The notes under the pieces were generated by a model that was not told the DNA's origin, ran no database searches, and worked only from the letters and a program-made list of their open reading frames with translations. From Chrysomallon squamiferum (Eukaryota; Animalia; Mollusca), in assembly GCA_012295275.1 (NCBI GenBank), contig CM022670.1:36642001-36706000 (forward strand): a stretch of DNA of 64,000 bases. Direction: 5' to 3'. A program made the translations under genes and the position numbers. This document shows positions 12,976 to 26,359 of the stretch, piece by piece. Each line of letters opens with the position of its first letter. Within the stretch, counting starts at the first letter, position 1.

Positions 12976-13756
12976 GAAAATAATGTTATAATGTTTTAAT
13001 GTTGTATTTCTATAAGTTTATTGTTTTTAATTTTACAGAATGATATATTTTATGTAACATCTATTTTTAATATAAAATATAACATTTTGTTTGTTTGTAG
13101 AAGCTCCGATGCCGCAGTCGATAGTGGCGGTCAAATATAAATTGGCAACTTCTGTATTACAAATTGTAACAAATGGAGAGAGAGAGAGTTATTTGTTTAC
13201 TGGTTCAATATTTTAAAAAAAAACACAATGAAAGCCTGTACGTGAAATACATTATGGATAACAGAAATAAAAAGTTTACTTTCGGTCTAATGGAAATAGT
13301 CTACTAAAAATTAAGTCAGTTGACATGTTGACGTTAAACAAAGAATTTACTACAGCAGTAAATAAAGAGAAAAATCTGGAATCAAAGATGAGTAATAAAT
13401 AATTTATTTTCTAACGAAGAAAGCTATTAAAAGTTTCCGTCTACGTGTATATTATGGAAAATATTAATTTCATTTGTTCATATTTAATTTCAGCTAAACA
13501 AAATTAATACATCTGCTTTGAAAAGTCAAGCAGAATATAAAGAAGCAATACGTAGTTTGATGGAATCAACTAAAAAAACCACCAGCAAGTTAACAGATCT
13601 GCTGACTTTGGCAGAGGAAAGCAAACGATCAAATGTGAATGGCAGCCATCTGCCTGCACACATTTTAGGATTTGCATTTCGAATTGAAAAAGAGTTTGGT
13701 ATGTTTAGAATCAGCTTCGAGACTAAAAAATTTAAACTTAAGAAAACAACAATAAA

Positions 13757-13799
<43 letters not shown>

Positions 13800-13937
13800 A
13801 CAACCAAATAATTAATAATAATCAGCAATACTCGAATCATAAGCCATGCAGTAATGATGATAACACTATATATTATTATTACCTTTTCATTTTGAAATTT
13901 TACTACAGCGTTTCTCAGTATTTGATTTAATTTATAT

Positions 13938-13972
<35 letters not shown>

Positions 13973-14505
13973 TTCATTTGGTTGTCGACATTGTTGCTGA
14001 ATGTTTGTTTTTTTCAGGGGGTTGTCGTTTTTGATTATTTATAATTGTTTCTTTGTTTTAATGAATTATTCACCTGCTTCTGCAGACGACAAAGATAAAG
14101 TCAAGCAGTTTGGTTCAACTCTTGGCTTAAATGCTGTACAGTTGAGAAATTAGTTAATGAAGAAACTAGAAACCTTTTCTGGGACGTGCTGTACGAATGG
14201 AACAAAACGTCACAGTCTATCGCTGTTCTGATTTTAGCTTGTCAAAAATTATCTATCTGTCCATTCTCCGGTAAGATTGAATTATTATCAATGAAATACA
14301 TTTGTTGCTCGTTTCTGTCTAATTAGTGTTTTTCATGTGTAATTAAAATAAATCGGACTATTTCAGATTTTCTTTTTCAATGAAAATAGAACATAGCTAG
14401 AATCGTAGACTGTTCACAGATTATTTTCGAAAACAGATTATTATTATTTTCTGAACTATTTATTATTACTTAATTATTTTTATTATTTTGTTTTTGTTTT
14501 CAAAG

Positions 14506-14778
14506 ATGGTTTAATGCCTCCTGATCACAGCACAGCTATTGAAAAAGCATACAGCAGACTCGCAGCAGACATATTTGTAGACCATGTAGTAATATACCTG
14601 CGTGACAACGCTGTGTTGGCGCCTATTGATGTTGATTACATTCTCAGTCCAAAGACAAGAATAGAAAAGTTTCAACGGCTCGTCGACATCCTTCCTCTGA
14701 TTGGAGAGAAAGGTTTCGACTGCTTTGTGGAAGCATTGACGAAATCAGGTCAAAATCATCTTGCTAACATACTGAAAG
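14506..14778 (+). CDS. CARD-encoding exon, copy B
   Basis: 273-nt phase 1-1 exon, MPPDHSTAIEKAYSRLAADIFVDHVV...LPLIGEKGFDCFVEALTKSGQNHLANILK; aag/gtaag boundaries. Confidence 0.85.
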
Positions 14779-16748
14779 GTAAGATTATAGATATTCTCTT
14801 ATTATTATAACTTTTTTCTTAATATTCTGACAGAGAATCATGATCTGGTCCACGATTACTACATAACTTTTAAAATGACACAATCTTCGTTATGACAAAA
14901 TAACAATAATAAAGTATAGACTGGAATAAACTGTAAGAGGAAACTGTCATATACGATTTATTTAATTAATTATATTATAATCTTTTAATATATTTAGTTA
15001 TATCTTATATTTATTCCGTATTTTTTCTTCTTTCACTTATTAAATTCACTTTGTGTTTTTCTTTTAGTGTGTGTGTGTGCACTTTTTTATTTTGTATTTT
15101 ATTTTTTTATAATTTTCTTCAGATGAATTAAAGAAACTGACTCCTGTTTCGGACACACTAAACAGGGAAGAATTGGAACAAACACTGTAAAGTGAAATAA
15201 CAACTGATGATGAATTCCACAGCTTGAATGAAAGCCATGAGGCCGATTTTGACCTAAGTTCCTTTATTCTTATATTATTACTGCAATTGTCACTATTTAT
15301 CCTCTACAAAATCTGGTAAAATAATACTGAATTTTTTAAAGGTTAATGGGCAATGATTGGTGATTAACTATTATCTGTTGCAGTTTCCAGTTTATTAAAC
15401 ATTATCAAAACATTTTTTACTTTTTTATCGAGTTTTACTAAGACAGAATTTTTATAATTTTGTTTTATTATTATTTACCAGGATGTATATTGTACATAGA
15501 GATTTTGTTTAAAAGAATGCTCCTTAATGAGTTGAATGAAACTAGATATAGAGTGGTAATAACATTATTAAACATTAGTCATAGGTTTATTAAAGTTTGT
15601 GATACAAATTTTATAAAGAGGTTGAATTTAAACTGAAAATTTGACTTTAAAAGATGAATTTTAGAGTAAATCTATTTTCACGTTGTTGTGTGTATTTTTT
15701 TTAGTTAATCAGAATGCAGTGTATTTTTTCTGAAATGACAAAAACAAAATGACAAATATGAAATGCCATATAAAAAATTTTTATTTCTGAAAACAGTGTA
15801 TTATGTAAAAGATACATTTCAAAATGTTAATAAAACATATATCAACATCTGAATATCATAAAAGATACAAAGACTAATAAAATCTACAAATAGTAAAAAA
15901 TCATGCCATAAACTGATAAAGATATTTTAAAACATTTAAATATCAATTTTCTTAAATCAACTCTTACTTGGAAACTTTATCTTCTAATGTTAAAACATGT
16001 TATCCAGTAAGTATAGCAAATATATCAACCTAAATTTATAACAACTTGCAATTTAACAAAACTTTTGGAATATATTGAGAGAAAGAATTATTAATATTCC
16101 CTAATATTTTAATTTAAAAATTTAGGTTTTTGACTGTATATACCATAAAATTAAATTTATATATATTTAAAAAAAGTAAATGGCATTCAAAATCTGTAAT
16201 AAAAGTATCTGTTGAATAATGATGTCAAGCAAATAAATAAATAAATAAATAAAAAGTATATTAGTTTAAGGCTTTTGCAATATTCTGTAGAAAGTGTTAT
16301 ATTATTCTGAAAATGTAATATTTTCTTTTAAAAATCATACATTTTATCATTTAATATGAGTTTTAAGTTTTTTTTAACATGATGAAATACTTTACAGTAT
16401 CAAAGTTGTATAAAGTATTAAAATGTAGTAAATTATGATGAATATAATAAAATGTTTAACAATCATTTTCATCATTATACATTATTGGTGTAATGTTCTG
16501 TCACAACCATTTATGTTTTGTAAATGTATGTATATGTATTCACAAAAAACAATAGCATAAAAAAATAATAAAACTAGATGTGTGAGTAGATGTTCATACT
16601 CATCTTGTTACAGGATACTTTGAGTTAACTGTCTAATTGATGGCTACTTGTCATGTAAGTAGAAGGGAATTACAAAATGTTTCATCTCAAAAGAAACTGT
16701 TTTCAAAATATTTTCACATCAATGTTATATTTTTTCTTGAACATTCCA

Positions 16749-17148
16749 TCAACGGCCTAAATAAGGTGAAGGTCCCTTCTGACTTGTGTCGTGAATGCTG
16801 TTCAGTTCTAGTTCTTCCATTTCAACAGCATCTCGGTACTCGGTCAACTCCTTTGAAATCTTAATGCGTGTATAGTTTGCTGCCAGACAATTGTATCATT
16901 TATTTTTAAAAAGTTCAATCCATGTTTGAAAATTCGGTAAATTATATGAATACAAGACAAACAGAGACAACAATAAAATGACTTACCAAACTGAGTCAGG
17001 TTGAAGCAGTAAGTAAGTGTTTTGCATTTCTGTTGTAAACCTCATTGTCACAGATTGAGAAAATAGAAGCATACAAATAACTGGGATGACAGAAATACAC
17101 ATTATCACAATCCAGCCAAGACTGAGAATGTACGTGATAATAGTTGAA
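16749..17148 (-). pseudogene. M6: Third, heavily deleted M6 proteolipid fragment downstream of copy B
   Basis: Exon 16987-17148 (162 nt, ...GWIVIMCISVIPV...YCFNLTQFG) and part of the terminal exon (16749-~16890); the intervening exons are deleted. Confidence 0.8.
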
Positions 17149-17349
17149 CTGAAAAAAAAAAAAAAATTAGTAATAGTATTTCATATTTACATATATTTTT
17201 ATTGGAATTTCGCCCGCCCCCCGAAACACTCGTTACCAAACTTCCATAAACTGAATATAATAAAATTTAATTTGCATAAAAAAAACCCCGAAAACCCCCG
17301 AAAACAAAACAATTTTGATTGGTCTATGAACTTATTAGGATGGGCCATA

Positions 17350-19500
17350 ACATGATGATTATAATAAGAACAACAATAATAATAATCATATCACTGTCGT
17401 TATAATAAATGTATGAAACGAATAAATACGTGTTTTCGTTTACATTTATACAAAACGTGATTATAATTGCACTTGTAAAATTTTAATCTAAAAATCAAAA
17501 TAATGTCTATTAATATAACAACATAAAGAAATAAAACTAAATGCGTATTGAATAATTGTAAATAATCTTTACAAATAAAAAATTCACAAATAATTAATCA
17601 GGTAATGAAACGCTGATTCAAGGATGTCTCAGGATCAGTTATATTCATCGTTTCCACTGGGCTAATTCCAGTTCCAACCAGAATTTCATCATCGCTTTAT
17701 TAAAGATCAAAGCTTCGCAAACCATTCACAGTAACTCGTGCTGATCTGAAGCGGGTTTTATACATTGTCTAAACAGAAGATTTTACGACTTCTTAAAATA
17801 GAAGTTACAACATCTAATAACGTTTAATAAAGAAACATTTTCTTCTGCACTTTTTAAATTTTTTATTATTATAATTAGTAATCTTGGCGATAGTAGTAGT
17901 TATTGTAAAGGGGTACTACTAAATCAAATAATAAAATTTGATTTAAAAATAAACACACGTAACTAAAGATGGTTAACATAAAAATTACTCAGAATAGAAT
18001 ATCACCTGTTGCTTTATAAGCCAATCAAATCAGTTTCTTACGTGACAGTCAAACGTTTATTTTTGTAAGATATGGGAAATCCATATTATAACGATTAAGA
18101 AGTGATTGCGACAGGTAAGGCTTATCGGATTATTATTAAAATATTTAATATAAACAACAAAACCACAACAACACTTCATATGCCTCACAATTTTTTTTTA
18201 TTTATTTAAACCTGCACTTTAATCCGAATTTTTTGGCTGGCTAAATACATTACGATATAATATACGATGGATTTGCTCATTCACATTTTCTGTACAAGAA
18301 AAACAATTAGATGCAAGTTCTTTAACAAATACTTTCACCTCGTCTACATCACAGTTTGATTTGGCTAATAACTTATTAGGTTGGGACATAACAATGATTA
18401 TAATAACAATAATAATAACAATAATCATACCACAGTCGTTACAATAAAGGTATTTAAAGAAAAGAATAAATACGTCTTTTCGTTTGCATTTATACAAAAC
18501 ATAATTATAACTGCTTTCAACACAACACAAAAATTAAAATAATGTCTATTAACATAAGAACATAAATAAGGTAAAAAAATGAATGTGTATTGAATAATTG
18601 TGAATTATCGTTAAAAAGTAATTAATCAGTTAGTAAAACGCTGGTCGAGGATGTATTAGGATCAATTATATTTATCGCTTCCACTGCGCTAATTCCAGTT
18701 CTAACCAGTATTTCATTATCGCCTTATTAAAAATCAAACCTTCGCAAACCAATCACAATAAATCGTGCTGATCTGAAGCGGGTTTCTTACATTGTCTAAA
18801 CAGAAGAAATTACAAAATCTTAATACAAACGTTACGACATCTAATAACGTTTAATAAAGAAATATGATATCATTAAACATTTTCTTCTGTTTTCATTTTC
18901 TTTTTTTTTTTTTTTTTCTTTTTTTTTTTTTTTCTTTTTTTCTTTTATTATGAGTAATCTTGGCGATAGAAGTAGTTATTGTAAACGGATAGTTGCAAAT
19001 TAAATAATAAAATTTGATTTAAAAAGACAGACACGTAACTAAAGTAGGATAACATAAAGAAGCACTCACAAGAGAATGTCACCTGTTGTTTTATGAGCCA
19101 ATCAAATCAGTTTCTTACGTGACAGTCAAAGGTTTATTTTTGTAAGATATGGGAAATCCATGAGATAACGATCAGGAAGTGATTGCGACAGGTAAGGCTT
19201 ATCGGATTATTATCAAAATATTTAATATAAACAACAAAAACACAACAACACTTCATATGCCTCACACAAAAATTATTTATTTACACCTGCATTTTAATTC
19301 GATTTTTAAAAAAAAAAAATTTTGCTGGCTAAATACATTACGATATAATATATAAAATTTCTATGTAAAATGGCATGTGACCTTATATAATCATCTATTT
19401 ATATATCAATATATTTACTGTATATTTTACTTACACAACGAACAGAACAGCCTTTACATTTTAAAGCAATTTTACCTTAAATTTACATATATTTTTAACG
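17350..19500 (+). repeat. Two tandem orphan copies of the upstream module (~17350-18260 and ~18370-19500)
   Basis: Direct repeat with ~1.05-kb period (tctgaagcgggttt at ~17746 and ~18773; gcgacag|gtaagg at ~18115 and ~19192), homologous to 10240-11200. No coding exons of the family follow. Confidence 0.75.
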
Positions 19501-19877
19501 TGGAAAAAACTGTATAACGGACATTTTTATTTATTGGGGTTCTTTAAAAATAATTTGATATCTTTGCATGGGTGGTTACTCCTCGTAGTCGGAACGTGTG
19601 TCATGTTTAACAACTGTAAGTAGTAACTCGTGTTCAGCGTTTTGCCAAGGGTCAAACAATCAGTCTTCTTAGGTGCGTTATATAGTTAGTTACCTTTATT
19701 GCTAAAATCTTAATAGTTGCATCGTTTATAAATAGTAACATTGTTCATTTATTTATTTATTTTGTTTATTAATTATTTATTTTATTGACAATTCTATTAA
19801 CTAACAAGAATAGAAGTAATTATTTATTTATTTATTCATTTTTATATTACTTTTAGTGGTGCCGTAATCACATTGCT

Positions 19878-19912
<35 letters not shown>

Positions 19913-20103
19913 CTGATTTATTTACCTACTTATTTACTTAGTTAATTATTTACAACCATTTTGCCAATAAATCTAGTGTAGTAATTTATTTATTTGCAAA
20001 AAAATTAAAAAATTAAAATATTGTGCTGAAATAAAGTGTGTGTGTTAAAATGAAATAATTCATAACTACAAAAAAAAAATAATAATAAAAAAAAAAAAAA
20101 AAA

Positions 20104-20161
<58 letters not shown>

Positions 20162-20362
20162 TTCATCATTGCATATATATTCAAATATTAAAACATTACC
20201 CGCACAATATTTATTTTCCTACCAACTTTTTGACATTTGCGTATGCGCACATGCTCCTTGCCACGTCATAAATATCACCTTTTGGCGTATCTACTTAGAT
20301 TACTTTGCAGAGCAACGCATATTCAGTGTCATCTCTAGCAACACCAGCAAGGTCCATGCAGA

Positions 20363-21700
20363 TTACTTTGCGGAGTGTGTCTTCCCTAATACTTCATTTC
20401 TTTAGTTGCAACAGTGAAGAAATACCATATTCTATGACAATTAGATATTAGTGTTACATGGTGCCCCTGAAATGATATAAAATGAGAATAACATTAAATT
20501 AGTCATTTTTATATTAATTTCGGTACTCCCATAATCACATTGCTTTATTTGTTTATTTATTTATTTACTGACTTATTTACTTACTTATTTACCTACTTAT
20601 TTACTTAGTTTATTATTTACAACCATTCTGCTAAGAAATCTAGTGTTATAATTTATTTATTTAAAAAAAAAAAAAAAAAAATTAAAATATTATGCTGAAA
20701 TAAAGTGTGTGTGTGTTAAAACACAAATTACAGGGTGGCCCAGAAAAAGTTTCCCTGAGTCCCATCATTGGGAAACCGAGCATTCTTTTCCTTCTGATTA
20801 CTTTTGTCACACTTTGAGGAGCAGTGTCTTCCCTGGATAAACTACTCATTTTTTGTATCTTTCCAAAACAAAGATAAAACTTCAAAGTGATTAATTTAGT
20901 TACGTTGTATAGATAAACTATGGTGCTCTTTTCATCCTTGGCATTTATTTTGCAATGCTTTCAGGGAAGGGTGTCTTCCCTAATGCTTCATATCTTTCCA
21001 CACGTCTAGATAAACTATGGTGCTCTTTTATCCATTTCAAACCTCCTTTCTCTCTGTGTGGCTTATCGCTCGCTACCTGAACACACTGGTCGATCTCTAC
21101 CAACGCCATTTCTGGCCTTAGCTAGTGTTGTTGGATGGACCCGATGGTGTTGCAACTTGCCAAACATTTATCTTTCTTTCTTTTACCTGTGATTGTGGCC
21201 ACCCCACTGTACTTACCAAAGCACTGTAGTGCGGATTCCAGTGCCGAATTTAAATTTCAAAGTATTTCCCTGCTCTATAAATGTTCTTAAAGGTTTACCA
21301 AAATTGTCCTTGTCGGCAAGATACGATTATCCAAAAGTATCAAATTCATTTCTGAGTTCACTGATCCAATCGTCTCCATTACTAAGAATACCATGATCAC
21401 TATTCTGGTGCTGAGCAATGAGACGATGATCATGATTACGACGGAGAAAGTCATTCTGTGGATTTCGATGCAAATGGAGGACATTTATTGCGATGGTTGA
21501 GGGAGCAACATCCATAGCAATAACTGAAGTAGAAATGTCTATGTCGGAACCCTGGCCACGGTCTCTTATATCCTCAACTTTCGTAATATCAAGTTGAGAG
21601 GCATTGGGATGGGTTGCTTCATTGGTGGTGTACCGCCAGTTGCAACAGTGAAGAAATGCCATACTTCTTCACAATTACATATTGGTGTTACATGGTGCGC
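20363..21700 (-). mobile_element. Decayed 3' end of a SWIM-finger (MULE/Mutator-like) transposase-type gene, present as a full and an internally deleted tandem copy
   Basis: After acceptor tttcag (exon start 21700), a frameshift-corrected reading gives GAPC(K)HQYVIVKKYGISS, the SWIM C-x-H end, then SALQCFGKYSG (~21210-21240) and HSLSRRVE..ALGKT (~20970-21025). The deleted copy (20363-20466) ends VLGKTHSAK*. Family assignment is from remembered motifs, not a search. Confidence 0.5.
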
Positions 21701-22344
21701 CTGAAATGATATAAAATGAGTATAACATTAAATTTGGTCATCAAAAATGTGCAATAAAATACAAAGCATGTCTATTATAATTCATTTAATTGCAGGTAAT
21801 GCAATGATTATTCTAAAACGGCTTTCATTTTTCATTCAAGCATTGTTTGTATCGATGCAGCTAGTGGCAGGCTTTCTCGTAAAAATAATCCCCAAGCGCT
21901 ATAAATCATACTTCCAATCATTAGCATAGGGAGCTTTTCACACCCCAAAATAAGCTACTAAAGAAACGTCTCGGTGTGCGTCCGTCTCTATCGTCGACGT
22001 TACCTGTTTTTCTAGTCCAACAAGTCCATGTCCCAAATAACACATCTTAGGTTCAAGTTGTGTTGTCGTCTTTTTCACTTGAACATTGTCTCACTGTCAC
22101 CGGAACGAACGATTAGCTCTTCGTCAGTCGTGGCACCAGCTTGGACATGCGGTAGGAACTTTGACTTTCGGGCTCCATTCTGACGGTTATTGCATATGTC
22201 TAATAATCGCCGCACATAACAAGCCTCTAGACGTCTAGTCATTAAATCAACAACCAGTGCTCTAGTCCAAATTAATTTACAAACAAAAGATCGCAGATAA
22301 TCACCAGTTTTTAAAATAAATCCATATTAATGGTATATCTTAAG

Positions 22345-25300
22345 GTGTGTGTCCAAGGATTATTAATGTTTGAGAATGTATGCCTCTTTGCTTCTTTACT
22401 GGCAACAGTTATATGTATCATAGGAGTTGGTGTGTTTTGTTGAACATCAAACAAAGCCCTTGGTCTAAATATTAAAGATGTTCTGAATGATCTGTTTCTG
22501 TTTAATGTTAGCTGGTTGGAATTTGTACACAAATATTCATATTAAACTTAGTATGATTTTACAGCTCTGCTTACTGAAACAGTAAATCAGTAAAGAATTG
22601 CCAATAAACTTTTATAAATTCAGAAAGAATTTGTTCAATATTTATAGAGTATCAAATCTTGTTGTGTATATATATTTTTTAAAGACTTGGAAAAAATATA
22701 ATAAATAATAAAATTTAAGAAAATTACCAAAATGGTAAAACAAAATAATTGATTATAGGAAGATACGTTCTGGGTTATTTCTGTAACAACAGTAATGGCT
22801 AATTGTACTCTAAATAAATATTAAAATGATTAGGTTTAAATTTAATTTTTAATTTCTCTGTTTCTTTATGACAAATTTAGGTTGGAGGTTATCCAGGTGG
22901 TTTTTGTTGTCATTGCTGTAGCAATGGCTGTGTATGCTGTTATCTTGTTGATATTTGGATTTCTGGCAACTGGTGCAACACGACAGAATGTGTATTCTGG
23001 TGCAAAGTGCATTATGGGAGGAAGAGTGTCTGCAGCATTTGTTAGTATCTAACATATTTATTTAAATCTATCTAATGTGTTTTTATTTGTATGCAAAAGT
23101 CCAAATTTTTACAATATTTTGAATTTATATTTATATAGTATTTTTTGGGGTTATAATAACAAAATTGAATCATGATTGATAAAATCTATGAAATTTTGTC
23201 AATCCAGTATTAAAAAAGGCAAAATGTAACACTGCCCTGAAAGAAAAATTAGTATTAACTTTTAATTACAAGTATCAGAATATGTTTAATGTATGTAGTG
23301 TTATTTTATGATAGAATAAGAATTATAAAATTTATTCTTTTATTGATAACAGTTTACATATATTACACACTAATTCTGAACATTTTTATATTTCTTGTAC
23401 TATGTTCCCTAAACAGTTAACTTTACTTTTCAATTTTTTAATTATGCAAATTAAATTTTATTATATTTGGTTTGTGGAAGTTTGGTAAAGATTGTTTGGG
23501 GGAAGGAATTGCACTAAAAATAAATGTAAATGTGAAATACTAATAATTATCTCTGTTTATTTTTTCAGTTCACTGTTATCATGTACATTCTCAATCTTGG
23601 CTAGATTGTGATAATGTGTATTTCTGTCATCCCAGTTATTCTGTATGCATCTATTTACTCTATCTGTGACAATGAGGTTTACAACAGAAATGCAAAACAC
23701 TTACTTACTGCTTCAACCTGACTAAGTTTGGTAAGACGTTTTAAAGTTCTCTGTTTGTCTTGTATTCATATAATTTACAATTTATTTTTGTGTCAAATAT
23801 ATTTTTGAAACAGATTGAATTTTTTTGTAAATAAATGATAAAATTGTTTTCGTTATGTTTACATATTAAAAAATGTATTTTGTTTCCTTCAAAATGCAGT
23901 GAAAGTAAAGTTCTGAATATACTATAAAACCTACCTTGATATTAGTTAAAAAAAACAACAACCAAAAACCCCAACTAATCAGAACAAAATTAAATTTATT
24001 CTCAAGATTTACAAATTAGAGAAGATGAAAAAACATGCTACTTTATTACAAACTGTTTCATGAAACCTGATTCTTATGAACATGAATTTGTACAGTTTAT
24101 AAACTTATGAAGATAATTTCAATTAAATTTATTAATAATAGTCATTTTTAAGGCCTGTTACATACATTGTTTTTTTAATGATTTTTTCTTTTTCACGTTT
24201 AGGTGTGTATTGGGGTTCTGTTTATCCAGTCAGTTTTTCAGCAACTGGAAAAGTTAAAGTGAAGGTGAAGTTAAACAAATGTGTGATACAGTAAGTTAAT
24301 TAACACGTGTAAACATATTTACTGCACTAAATATTAATGTAAACAAACAACACAGATTGTTACGTTCTCATGTGATTGCTGTAATTATTTGTAAAAATAA
24401 TTTTCTTTCTTAATTATTTAAAATATATATAGATAATTTAAAAATGAATTAACCTGTATAAAATTATGTACTACTCTGAAATTTATAAATATTGATCTGA
24501 ATTGACTAATATTTCAGCATATATAACTAAACAGTATAGATTGTTACATATTTCTGTCATGGTTATTATTTTAAAATTATATATCAGTTTTAAGTTTAAT
24601 AATTACATTCTGTTCATAATGAGAATATCCAAACCTCTCAAGGGAGCTAACTAAAAGTTTTTATAGGCAATGTTGTTATTTTATGAAATTAATTTCCTAG
24701 CAAACTTTTATAAATTATTTTTATTTATTTTTATTTTTAGGTGATTGAGGCTGGTCCCTTGTTTTGTGTTGCTTCCATAGGAGGTTTATTCATAGTTCTC
24801 GGAATGGTGAGATTCTAAAAATATTTAATTTTACATTTTAAAAAATAAGTATTTTTTAAAAACAATAGTTTTGTTTCATGTGTGTTATGTAAGTATTAAT
24901 TTTTTTAGATGGGTGTAAGAAAGTACACTGAAATAAGGTAAATTATATAATATTATATATGTAAGAGGTAAACGTTTCAAAATTCTCAAAGGCTTCTTCT
25001 TGAAATAAAGTTAATATACAAATCTCAAGATGAAAATAACAAGCAAATAAAACCTTCAAAAGTCAGTTTTCTGTCTATAGTTTGAAGATAAGCTATATTT
25101 TTAGTGATGAATAAATTATTCAGAAATGTTTCATCTTATATTGTGAGTTTAATTTATCTCATCAAATTAAGTTAAGTAACTATAGTCTGACTTGTGGACT
25201 AGCATTTGTTTTTTTCATGGTCCTGTTCAGCTGATAACCATAACTGGTTTTTCATAATTGCATTTCTGTATATAAATGAATTTAAATATATAATTTTTTT

Positions 25301-26359
25301 TTTTTTGTCTGGCAGCAAACTATACACGCATTAAGATTTCAAAGGAGTTGATTGAATACCGAGATGATCTTGAAATGGAAGAACTAGAACTGAACAGCAT
25401 TCACGACAGAAGTCAGAAGGGACCTCCACCGTATATAACAGTGATGTGAAGATGTTTCTAAAACAGTTTCTTTTGAGATGAAAAGTTTCTTAATTCGCTT
25501 CTACTTAGAGAACAAGTAGCCATTAATAAGACAGTGAACTCAAAATATTCTGTGATCATCTACTCACACATCCAAGGGTGAAGTAGTTACAAGTGGCAGA
25601 ACATTTTGTTACAGAGTTTTAGCAATTAATTAATTTTTGAGGTGATTGAGGCTGGTCCCTTGCTTTGTGTTGCTTCCATAGGAGCTATATTCATTGTTCT
25701 TGGAATGGTGAGATTATAAAAATATTTATAATTATATTTTTTTTAAATAAGTATTTTCTAAAAAAACAGTGTTGTTTCATGTGTTGTAAGTATTAACCTT
25801 TTAGACAGGTATAAGAAAGTACAATGAAATAAAGTAAACTATATAACATGATATATGTAAGAGGTAAATTTTAAAATTTTAGTAATAAGGCATATCAAAA
25901 TCTCTAGATGAAAATAATAAACAAACCTTCAAAAGTCAGTTTTCTGTCTATAGTTTGAAGATAAGCCATATTTTTAGTGATGAATAAATTATTCAGAAAT
26001 GTTTCATCTAATGTTGTCAGTTTAATTTATCTTATTAAATTAACTTAAGTAACTATAGTCTGATTTGTGGCCCAGCATTTTATGTCATGGTATTTAAATA
26101 AAAAGAAGAAAACAAATTTGTTGGGTCCTGTTCAGCTGATAACCATAACTGGTTTTTCATAGTTGCATTTCTGTATATAAATTAATATATATTTTTTTTC
26201 TAGACCCTCTTCATGACTTGTCTTGCAGCAGACTATACACGCATTAAGATTTCAAAGGAGTTGACTGAGTACAGAGATGCTGTTGAAATGGAAGAACTGG
26301 AACTGAACAGCATTCACGACAGAAGTCAGAAGGGACCTCCACCTTATTTAGGCCGTTGA
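22345..26359 (+). pseudogene. M6: Myelin proteolipid (M6/PLP family) pseudogene, copy 2
   Basis: Exons 22345-22514 (GGA>TGA at 22441-22443), 22881-23040, 23569-23730 (TGG>TAG), 24203-24290, 24741-24806 and 25642-25707, 26204-26359; AG/GT boundaries. Confidence 0.88.

Larger units (their letters stand above)
11907..15319 (+). pseudogene. Coiled-coil-DD-CARD-TM gene copy B (disrupted)
   Basis: Exons 11907-12568 (first ATG lost, frameshift near 12060, 156-bp internal duplication, TAA at 12498-12500), 13494-13698 (open), 14086-14270 (185 nt, -1 frameshift), 14506-14778 (CARD, open), 15123-15319 (CAA>TAA at 15188-15190, before the TM). Confidence 0.85.

Noticed and set aside
21327-21662. 111-aa ORF as a standalone novel gene
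   Set aside because: It lies inside a frameshifted, stop-riddled SWIM-type remnant, and its ATG is out of frame with the upstream motif.
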